DNA from: Laetmonice hystrix
Lineage: Eukaryota
Assembly: GCA_965235115.1 (NCBI GenBank)
Contig: OZ249437.1
Coordinates: 46,004,001-46,068,000, forward strand
Direction of reading: 5' to 3'
DNA: 64,000 nucleotides
A program made the translations under genes and the position numbers. The notes beneath the pieces were generated by a model, which worked only from the letters and a program-made list of their open reading frames with translations, had not been told where the DNA came from and ran no database searches. Positions 41,001 through 53,000 of the stretch are shown here, in pieces; within the stretch, counting starts at the first letter, position 1, and each line of letters begins with the position of its first letter.

Positions 41001-44000
41001 ATTCTATAGAGCTAGCGTAACGATAATTATCACCATTGTTTGAGATGATAATATTACCGGCTAATCATTATGGCTATCAATACAGAAGGTAGGAATGGTA
41101 AAACTTTGTGTCAATAACATTCTGATTTAAAATATTGTAATATTCCTACAATAATTACTTCGTATCATTACTCTATACTGTAAACAATATATGAACAGAG
41201 ACTTGAGAACCCAACTTAATTAAAAACACAACCTTAAACGCAACTTCTGCAAAATAAAATTAATACAAGGCATAGCAGAACACTTAGAAGCAAACTTCAG
41301 ATAAGTAATGTTCATATGAAGGCAAATATCATGTACAAGTTAAAGTAACAAGGATTTGCACCGAGTGAAATGGACTCTGTCAGTCAAACATTTCTCCCCC
41401 GTTTCAAACTCCTTGCTTACTTTGCTTTTAGAGCAAAACAAAGAATATCAAGCACAGTGCCTTGAGAACTGAAATCAAGCTGGCAACAATAGCTACTAAA
41501 AATAGCACGTGATAATCGAAGTGTACTGCATGAGGTTATTGTGTGGTGTTCCATCCAATCAGAGATAAGGATGTAGATGAGAGCTTGGACGCAGGAAGCA
41601 CCTGAGAACGTCTCAGAACACTCTATGGTCCACTGTACATGGTTCTTGTTGGAAGCAACACTGACACTGAACTAGCAGAATTCAAGGACTTCGTTGTGAA
41701 ACCATTGTCATCTTACCAGTACAATAGTGCATCAGGTTTGTAGTGTGTGAATAGAGAGAGAGGTGTGTGTGCGTTTTTGTGTGCGTTTTGTTACCTGATT
41801 CGGATCATGAATCCTGTATGTGCATAGATGTGGTATTGACATACTTTAACATATACTTGCCAAAATTTCACCCCTTATTATCTTCCCATATATGTTTGCT
41901 GTACTCTGTTGTTAAACTGTTTTCCCTGTTCAACCTGCAAAATATATTTAGCAACATAATTTTTTATAATCTACCATTTATAGAGAGAGAGAGACATGCC
42001 GTCGTGAAGCGTGTGGCTATGGATGCGGGATGCAGTCCCTAGGGGGCGCCAAATACCTACCCCACGGGGATGTTCCTCAGTACACTGTTAGGGTCGTATC
42101 AAACAGAATACGATGACATATCACTAACAACATCCTTTGTAATGCTGCAGTAAGGGGCCACATTATCTGTTTTATTAAATAGTCATTAATATTTACTGCA
42201 TCACTTTTAGCTAAAGGGTTGTTAATCAAAGAGATAACATTTACTTGTCAGTGACAAAGGATCGTTGGTGCGTGAGGGTCTATTCTCCACTGTCCATTTA
42301 AAGACCCAAAACAAATAAACTGGAAATTAGGATCTCCAGCCAAGAACATCAAAATACACGAGATGTCCAGTGAAGGTCACCTACTCATATAATTGTTATT
42401 GACTTACGGACTGACTGCAAGTCGACCCTCAGAGAATAGACCCAGACTGGTCTGACCATGGTCTAATTGGTCAATCTCACGCCAGATGTACAAGCCACCG
42501 GGGTGTATACAGATATTTACAGATTTAGGCACTGAACTTTTCATACTCTTATTACCAATGTGTGCCAGAGCCAATCTAATTTTAACCAAGCTATTGACTC
42601 ATCATTATAATAACAGGAACCAATCAAGATATCCGAGATATGGTTCATATGTTAGTGTAGTTACTGAAACTAACATTCAATGTATCACAGAAACCAATCA
42701 AGATATGAATAAAAGTTGGGACTCACAAATCCGTCGAGGACGTGCGAGTCGTCCTTGACGCAGTGTCCCGTGGCGCCGTGGGTGTCGCAGTCACACGGGA
42801 GGCAGGCGTCAGGGCGCCGGTGGTCGACCCCCTGAGGTCGGTAGTACCCGTCCGCACATAGCTCACAGTTCACTCCCATCGTGTTGTGCTGCACACAAAT
42901 TATACATCAATTAACCTTTAAATCATTTCTGTGGTGTATTTTCTGGATCACTTACACAACGCTAGAGTGCTTCTTAACAATTGGAAAGCTATAAGAATTC
43001 GTGCAGCAGTAAGATCTGTGACCGTACGGGAGGTAAGCTCTATACCTGACAGTTCACACAAAGTCCACCCCCGTCATACTCGCCATAGAGATTCAAACTC
43101 AAACGGCGGTCTGCGATTGTCTGATTGTAAGCACACGACTCGGCGTGACCAAAACACACACACTCTGAAATATATACAATCATTTAACAAAATACAAGAA
43201 CATGGGCGAAAGTAAGACACGGTAGAAAGGGGTTTGATCTGTGTTTAAGCAAACAGCAAGCTTATGAACCTCTCCAGCCATTATGGCCAATCTCAAGGTG
43301 AGAATGGTAAATATATCTAAGTGGCCTTTGTAATTATTGTAAATTATTTGGTAGTTAGGGGAGGTAGAGGCTAGAGGGTTCCATATGGTATATCATACCA
43401 GACAGACTGACTTACCCTCACAGCCCCCTCCACATATCATACCAGACTGACTTACCCTCACAGCTCCCTCCACATATCATACCAGACAGACTTACCCTCA
43501 CAGCCCCCTCCGTCTGTGTACGTTCCCTGTTGCCATGGTTGCTGGTTGAACATGGGGCAGCACTCTTCACAGCTTCGTCCACAAGTTCCCTTCTCACACT
43601 CACAGTGAAGCTCCTAGATTATGACGGAAATTATAACCTTTACTTTTGTTTCTACACGATGACGGAAATTATAACCTTTACTTTTGTTTCTACACGATGA
43701 CGGAAATTATAACCTTTACTTTTGTTTCTACACTATGACGGAAATTATAACCTTTACTTTTGTTTCTACACGATGACGGAAATTATAACCTTTACTTTTG
43801 TTTCTACACTATGACGGAAATTATAACCTTTACTTTTGTTTCTACACTATGACGGAAATTATAACCTTTACTTTTGTTTCAACACGATGACGGAAATTAT
43901 AACCTTTACTTTTGTTTCTACACGATGACGGAAATTATAACCTTTACTTTTGTTTCTACACGATGACAGAAATTATAACCTTTACTTTTGTTTCTACACG

Positions 44001-47000
44001 ATTGTACAAGATTGTACAGTGATAAATAGGTAGTTTTGTCTACCCCAGTTATTGGAATTATAAATACATCAGAATACATAATAAGATATAACATGAACCC
44101 CCCACCCTCCATCAACCTCTTACCAAAAAATAAATCTAGAAGTGGTATGTTACTATGTGTTCGTTGACTTACCCCAGTTTCAGGATTGACTGGACAGCGT
44201 CTGGCATGGCCATAACAGATACATTGGCCCCCAACACTAATGTCTTTGATGGAATAGAAGTACTGGAAAGAAAAAAATCAGAATGGAAGGTATAGGAATA
44301 TAGCCGCCTGTTGCTGTCTCAGCCACCCTCTAGAATCTAGATGGTAGCCCTACTGTACAGTCCTCATCAACCTACTGCAAAACTTGACATAGTGACTTGT
44401 CCTCATGGGCGTACAGAAACAGGTTAGCTTAAAAAGGATACCACTGAGGATGTGAAGTGGACAGCTGCTGTGCACATGACACATGGCTTCCTTTCTAACT
44501 GAAACTATGAACTTCTTCTTTATGAGATCTTACAACAGCCAACCGTCACCGACAGGCGGCCGTGTTATTTAGCTCAAGTTTGGTTCATATACTATCGTAT
44601 ACTAAAGAAAGGTGATGCACACAATGTTTTTGTGAAACATTTGGTGTAATATTGAATAGTGAACAGAATCACATAAAGTTTGTTCATGACACATGAACAG
44701 AAGACTACCACAGTGACCTTGGGCGATAAAACTGGTCTTGTTATCTTTTGTCTAACGCTGCATTGTAACAAACCTATTCTTAAGTTAACTTAGTACACAT
44801 CTTGATCTAGTCTGTCTTTGTCATCCTATAGGACCGCTCTTTTAACACTTGCCCGACAGTAAATACTGAAATATCTTAACAACGCATCACTGACAACGAA
44901 TGAATTCCACCTCTCTTGTTCCCAGACCACCAACATACTTCACAGCAGTGGTCTGATATCAAGGAACAGAATTCCTTATATCGTATCACATATAAAAGTC
45001 CGAGAATAAATGAAAGTTGGTGTTAGTTTTCATCCTGAGAAAGACTGACACTTTATAATTCTCAGTTTCAGCTCCAAGAGCGTTACAGATTCGGTATGGT
45101 TCTGTCCCAGCAGGAGGCATGCTGCGTCTATTGTGAAAAGCTTGTCTGCAGGTGTCAATATGTTTTCGTATTGTTAACCTCGAGGTTTTATTCGCCCTCT
45201 TTCGCCACATTCTTTACACGAACCCCTTACTTGGGGTTACCAAGGCTAATATCAACAGATCGTCATGGTGATAACCTTTGACCTGGGATTCCCAACCACA
45301 GCCTACTGTTGCGGTCAGGTTTCCTGCGTCAACTCTGTATCACAGAGGACGCCACTGATGGTATACGTCTTTTTCTATGTCATTACACAAGTTTACATGA
45401 ATAAAAAAAAGTCATTACTGTAACTGCTGGGCTATAGTAGATTAAAAACATGGCATTGTAGCGAGAGAGGGAGCGAGAGAAAAAAAGGATACAAGTGTAA
45501 AACACCAGGTGCCCTTTCTTTTTATCGGTGCTATTTGATATACATTTATACTGGGATTTATCAGTCATGCCTTCCATAGTATGTTCAATTTTAAACATAA
45601 ACCATACTTTTTTTTTAAAGTTATGAGGCTGCATGGCAATCAACTATTTGTTTCTGATATGGCCTCATGCGGTCATACCGTTGTTTTGTAATGGAGCTGA
45701 CATCCCATGTGATGTTGTTACTGTAGCAGTAACTCACCCTGTTAGTGACGGACGGATCAAGGTCAAGTGGGTCGTTTGACATGAACGTCATGAGGTCAGC
45801 ATTGAGTGTCCTGATCCTTTGCAATCGTAACCGTATAAATCGGGCTGAAGTGAACTCCTGAAAGTAAAGGTCAAAATTATCTCGATTATCACCAAGCCGT
45901 GTACCCAGAGAATGAAATTAGTTACACAACATTTTCTTCACTGCATGATATTAACAGAAGTGAATCGATTGTGTATGTTTCTTTACCACAAAATCTACTA
46001 GTTTCGACGGATTAATCTATAATATACTGGTAGGGAGAACATTTTAAATCTTTACGTATTACTCGGCTACTTACAGACGACTAGGGTATATTCGTAGGAT
46101 GTGCTATTATTTTCTACCTCAGCCATCCCTGCATCCACTTACCTGAAGCAGGTCACTGGGGCCGTCCACACCTGGGCGGTCATTAACTAATGAAGTATGG
46201 ATCTGAAAGTAACACCTGTTATTGACAGTCTGACACCTCCTGCTGTAACGGTATGTCATACGTCATGGCCTTCACATGACATGTAGCATTTTCAGTGACG
46301 GCGATCGATGTAACAGTCTCACTTAATTACGCTACCGTCTACATAAATATTCTGCACCTTTTGGTTATGACTTTTATAGTTATAACGCTCATTTTAATGT
46401 CTCATAATTTATTTTTTTTACTAGTGCATAATCCATGTTTATATCAGATATTGGCTTCACCTCCCTAATCCATAAACTACGGTCAGTAAGGTATTCATAG
46501 ACTGCGTCAAAAGGAGAGCCGAGATTTAAGCCGAATCCTTCCAAGCAAACCCTTTCCCTTGTCAAGATGTTATATTGGTGCGGTGTGGTCAGCGCGGGAC
46601 TTACCTCTCCGTTCTCGAGGGGGTCGAGTCGGGAGTAGGCTGACGTACAGATCACATCGTCATCCGACGTTAGCCGAGGAATGCCGATTGTTGGTGCCAT
46701 GTTGTACATGTTCCAACACTCGCTGTCACTCAGCGCAAAATACTGCCACGGTTGGTAGTCGCTGCCATCCAGCGAACGCTCTAAAATCCAGTTTCCGGGC
46801 CGAGGAGAGTTGGCAGCTTTTATTATGACGTATGCTACTTGATATACCTGTAACAGAGAGGGAGAAACTACAAGATACCACTGGGATTCATACAGTATAC
46901 TTTCACTGTCACAGAGGACCTCTTGATTTGGTATTTAGTAGATATGCCTCCTGTTCATTCGTAATGTTTATGAAATATGTCAGATGTTTTAAGTCCTAAT

Positions 47001-50000
47001 GGCCTAATTCATGGGCGAATCCAGGAATTCTTTTAGGGGGGCTAACCATCGAACAAAAACATATTATTTATTAGGCCTATGCCTAAAATATATGCTAAAT
47101 ATGATCATAATTGGATGATAAAAGAAAGAAGGAATAACATCGTCCAGAATTTAGGGGGATTGGAACCCCCTTAGCCTCCCTTTGGATCCGCCAGCGTAAA
47201 TTAATACATGATCACATCATAGTTTTTTAACTTTCCAGTTGAATATTCAATGGAATTTCAGGTCTGAAGGTCTGGCTCAAAATGTGGGGTCAGATTTCAG
47301 CTCTGACACCTGAGAAATATAGCGTCCACGTCCAGTGTTTTTTAATCTCGTACCTGTTCCTTATTTTCTGAACGATACAATACCCTATTCATAGTAATAA
47401 TTCCATCAGTTTATAAGAGATTGGTTCAGCGATTTGCAGATGTACGTGAGCGTCTCGATCAGGTGCGTACAGTCTGGTGCACGCAGTGTGTCACACAGCC
47501 CCCCCCCCCCCAACCCCGGGTACATCGGCTGTAAGCATGATACCCAGCCTTCCGATAGGTCGCGATCTGTCACACAGGGGGCTGGCATCCTCAATAAGAG
47601 GTTGATTTACGCATCATACACACGTCACGTGTGACAGGTCCCCTTTTCCAGTTCCTCCCACCCCTCCTGCCCTAACCGAGTTCCCGCACAACCTCACAGC
47701 TGGACAGGGCGGGGTAGAGACCGAGCACGGAGCACACTCGCGCCCCCTGCCGACACCCAGAGACAACAGATCACCTAGATACGTCACCACAGCAATCTAC
47801 AGACCCAGTTCCTGACATACATGTATATATCCGTAGACTTTAACACCCAATCTCACCCTCATTTATACTAAGGCCATGCCCATCATCGTCAGTTTCAAAA
47901 TATACGCATGGAAAGATCTAGGCCTATATAGGCCCAGGCCTACTGTTGCTGTCGTGGTCTGATCTATCTTTAAAATTGGGGAAAATTTGAAAGCAGGCTG
48001 GTGAACTCGATGTCTGCTAATAAGGAAGGACATCAACTGTCGTGTCAGCTAGAGAGACGTTGCCGAGGACAGAGTGGGGCAGAGCCTGGGGCCGTACCAG
48101 CCACATTGGTAGCCATCCAGGCCAGGCCTGCTGCTGCTGTGCTGACGTCATAGCAGCACGCTGCAGACGACGGCGTTCGTACCAGGTTCGCGGATTGTAC
48201 GTCCTATCGTCATACACGGAAACTGAGACAGGATTTTCTTGGTACAGCCTTAAAAATAACAATGTCTTATTCTTTTCTTCTTCCTTCCTTGTCCTCTCCT
48301 TCACCCCTCCCGTTCAAACGCAGATCTTCTACTGTGGCAAGGTTATCCTGCGTGGGATACTAAATCAGAGGGCTGGCTTATTATGCGAAGTCCTGCATCT
48401 CGAAAGAATTGAGAATTAAACTATTTTATTTATCGATATTTATCGGGGGCAGGTCCGAAGAAGGGGGTTTATGAGGTTACAACCCTCCCCCTTCAGAACT
48501 TTTTCTTTCGCTTGCGAGATTCCTGTCTTCCATCTATCCATTATAAAGTTCCAAGCCATATAACCAGCCCCAGCCCCAGCCCCAGCCCCAGCCCCAACCC
48601 TGCGCCGACCGCGAACATTGTCTGTGGTAGGCCTACTAGGCTTACATCGTAAGACAAGACATAGTGATGACGTCAGTGCTGCCAAAGATCGAGGAAGAGA
48701 CCCCGGGGTACCGACAGTACCCCTCGTGTCAAGGTCCGCTGACCCATGACGATCGGATCACATTCCTCCTCCCACACTTCCATGCTAGCAACAGGGGCCT
48801 CCTGGTGCCTTTTACTCTCACCAGATGGCGTCCCCACATACAATACAAACCAATCGTTTGACAATGAAGTCATGAACAACATTGTCATATCCGAGTTATT
48901 TTCTCATTTTCCCTTTTTTTCTGTCACAATGTAACAGTATGGTTCTGGTAATGATATTTCCCTCCGCATCCTGCCCCAGTAGGCCTAGCGAGAGAGATAT
49001 AATTCTGCTCTCTCAATGTCTGTCAATCATGAGATATGTATCACTATATCCTTTGATCCGACCCGACCCCCTTTTGAAGCAGACCTCCATAAGCAACCCC
49101 AACCCTATAGAGGCGGTTAGTTACTCATAGCATTAAAAGGTTTGACTTTCAGTCTGTCCACACGTAGGGTGACAGGAGGTGTCCGTGGCAGGCGTCACAA
49201 GCTCGTGACAGGGACCAGTTGAAAACGTGACACTGACAGATGACATCCAAGTTGATCGGTTACAGATGGGAGTGCCAGCTGTAGGTAAGTACCGGTTAAT
49301 GGAAGCTCCCTCACCGTGGACGGGCTGGTCGATGAAGTTGTCGACATCATTCAATACACATCTTCATGTTATCATCAAATATAAGGTACACGGACTTTCC
49401 GAGCCCATACACTTGGTTTATTGCCACGTGAGTTTTCCACACGTGGTTATCAGAAACATGTCAGATTTTGTTCCAGGAAGGGAGCACGGATTCGGAAAAC
49501 AACAATATTTGTAATGTCTCAGTTAAAGGTATTGGAGCACTAGCAATGTATCTGGATATTATAGCAAAAATGTACTTTCTAATTTTCAAAAAGATTTTCT
49601 AGTTGTAGGCCTCGTAATTATCTTTCCAATCAGACCAATCAGATCTATCAGATAGCAATGACTGATGGCATTACATCCTCAGCTACATGTCCACCTTTTC
49701 CAAAATTGAAACTCAATTTTATCACGCAGCTCAATCGTAAACCACATCGCGACTATATGGGTTTTTAAATTACCAGTAATGCCTCTTTAATTTGCAAACT
49801 TAGTGATTACAGATGAGAAAGCCAGAGCGGAGGAAAGGATCGTTTGGTCTGACCCCTGACTCCTAACAACTGTGGTGTTTTAAAGGTCACACCTGTCCGA
49901 CCAGAAACACCACGGCCGACACCTGTTAGAGGCCATCACTGTCAGACTATACGACCAGAGGGTGTGGGAATGACGGGTTTTATGGGAGTATTCCCTGGGG

Positions 50001-53000
50001 TGTTACGGGGTAACCACAGAACACCCTGTCACACACCTGGGTGATAGACTGACAGTTAGAATGGTTGCTGAGCAATAGGACACCCAGGAAGAGGGAGACG
50101 GAGAATAGAGCCCAGTGAGGCAGTGAGTAGGCAGGTGAGGTGTCAATGATAGGTGGGAACTGGGGAGAGTCTTGTGGAGTCAAACTGATAGACTATAGGA
50201 TAAACACAGCTGTTATAAATGTAAACAGTAAGAAGACTGACGTGTCTCCTTCAAAATTTGCCATGTGTGTTTTAAGGGAATCAGGGAATAACAAAGAATA
50301 TTGCCCCTCACCAACTGACACTTTGACCCCACCCAATGAGCGCATGCGCGCAAACTCTGTCATGATTGCCATCTCCATCAGAGCAAAAATGAACACTTTA
50401 ATCATTTTATGTTTTCCGCCCATTTTCACAAATTTTTGATGTAGCCTGGTAGCGTATAAAAACAGCCACTGGGCCGGGCCACCTTGCACATCTGCCATCC
50501 AATTCCTCCAACACTTTCCCTGATTTGTTTCAATATAGACACTCAATGCTGCCTTCCATGTTGTTAGGACGTATACCTCCGTGTTTGCGGACCTCACTGT
50601 AAGTGGAGGTTTGTTAGTTTAATGTGCGCTTAGTTAGGAAGACTGCAGCTATCAGTAGGTTCTACTCATATGTCACGTCGTGGGTACAACCTCCTGCAGT
50701 GTACTCTGTACGTGGTGATAAACGTTAAGATAAACGCGATTTATCTGTCAGCATCCCAAGATTAAAAGATATCTGTATAACTCAGATCGAGTCGGAGGTG
50801 GTCAAGGGGCACTTCTTCTTGACTTTTGGCATTGCAGTGGTTAGCATCCAGTCTTCTTACTGTTTTCAGTCTCAACTCTTTCTCACCAGAGATTCTGTAT
50901 TCACTTGCTAAATATAAAAACCCTTGATGCCGCCTCTATAAATGTTACAGGTTTCTTTAAATCTTGTACTTTGGCCCCTTTAAAAAAATCAACCATTTGC
51001 AAGGATCGAACGTCGAACCCTTTCCTAAACATGCTGGTTTTCTATCTTCTGTTCTGAGACACGCCGGACTTGTCTGGTTTTGAACAAAATTTCACATAAC
51101 GTACTGATTTATTTCAAGAATAATGACAGCACCCCTTGGAAAGTTATAGCTCTAACCAATGTAGATGATGAGAAGAAACCTTTAACTCTTGAAAACAGAA
51201 CCTATAATTGCAGAAGCAATCTGTTTATAAATCACTCTGCATATAAATAGCTAAATTACCAGGCAAACTGGATCCCTTTTGATGGTCAGTGAACCCGAAT
51301 GATCTTTAGGGTGGTACGGTTTTCATACCCATGTGTTTGTTTACACGGCTGACTTTCAAAGTGAACGCTGCCCTCAACCATAGCCACTGTGTTTGCCCAA
51401 TTAAAATAACTACTGGGCTGGAACAACATGTACGCGGCGCTAATTAAAACCAACTTCTTTATGGGTTCACTCCCCTAACCCCAGCCAAGCTGGTCCTAAG
51501 GAGAATGTAAGGTTCTATCTTCAAAATGTACATGGGGAAGTTTTGTTCGAAAGAAATGCGAGGCCTGACTTCTTTCCCTGCCTGAGAACCATCCTCCGCT
51601 GTCCCGTATATACAGGATTCACAGTATCACTTCTCAAGTTGAGTTGACAAGACAAACGCTCACGGGACCAATTCAGTCTGGACTGTTGCTCAGTAGCTGA
51701 AAAAGTAGCCTGAGCGCTGTCTCAACACATGGTTATACTGGACCATCAGTGTGTCCAGGACGAAACGTCACGAGACGTTACAGAATGTTTGGGGCTAAAC
51801 CAAAAACAACGTTTCATAACGTTCCGTCTTTTTGTGACGCTACGTACAGCTAAACGCTTGCCTGGTTAGGACGCGGATACACAGCTGGTAATCAGAGGCA
51901 ACTCCCTAAATAAAAGTGTCTTATCATCAAGGCAGGCGTGCAGTACTTGTTGGGCCGCTTTGACTTGATAAACTGGCTTGCCATATTTTTACAAATCTTG
52001 GACCTCTGGTCTGACCAAAATATTCGGGATCCCTGGCATGAATAAATCATCAGTAATAAGTTTAGGGTAGTAGTCCATTTTTTTGTATGTCATCTCAACT
52101 CCACCCTAACTATATGCCCCTCTCCATCCAACCCTGCAGGGCTAACCCAGATCGCCTCAGTCCCTGCATGACATCGGCTACTCAGTGTCTGGGCAGTGAA
52201 GGCCAGACACTATCCATGTGCCCTGGGTGTTGGGTTCCGACGCCTGCGGTTTTAGTCTTGTTGGCAAAACCAATTAACTCTAACTGGTCAGGCCAATTAG
52301 GGTGCAATTTGATTCCGCTCCTCAGGGATTAGCTACTCTATCCTGTGGCTGTTGTTGCACTCTAGCTCCTGGATGTATATAGCAACACTGCCTTTTAGCG
52401 CCGTATAAAGAAGCCTGATGTGAGGTATGTGCGCCAAGCTCCTATACTTGCTTCCGTCAAAATGTAACATATAAATGTTTCCCAGCTGACCACACAAGTT
52501 GTGAAACACGTTGTTGAGTCGCCCGGAGTTGATAGGGTGACGCACCGCAGCAAAATGGAACAGACATTAAGCTAAAGCTGATTCAAGAACTTTAGAGAAC
52601 ATCGTCCTAAAAGATAATGAAGATTATTGGCACAAGTATCACTGAGAAGGAAGTTTTAAAAAGTAAAACTTTGATCTCCTAGATACAAACTGCGTAAATC
52701 TGACTTCCTTGTGAAAATAGTTCAGTCAATTTTCGGTTGTCCTGGAGATGAGGGTGTCCTGTTTCAGTTTGAAAACTTTTGAGACCACAAGTTTACGTGT
52801 TCAACCCTCTACGATCCCAGTATAATAGTCTTGGCCTTGAAGGACATATCACCGAGTTCCGCTGAGCGGTCTAGAGTATCTATGTAGTAATAGGCCCTCA
52901 AGGAGACCCCTTGTATTGAGTGCCTCCAGCTGGGGTAAAACTAAACAGGGTTTGGGTACCCGGAGTACAACCCCAGGCTGGACAGAGGAGGGAAGGCCAT

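Noticed and set aside
50193-50597. 134-aa minus-strand ORF as an independent gene
   Set aside because: No recognisable family, a non-ATG start in the track, and an intronic position; noted only for its link to the candidate exon.
51700-51790. Possible hammerhead ribozyme or Penelope-like ends (gacgaaacgtc here, gccgaaacgtc at about 2705, ctgatga at about 63390)
   Set aside because: I could not assemble a CUGANGA-stem II-GAAA core with proper pairing.
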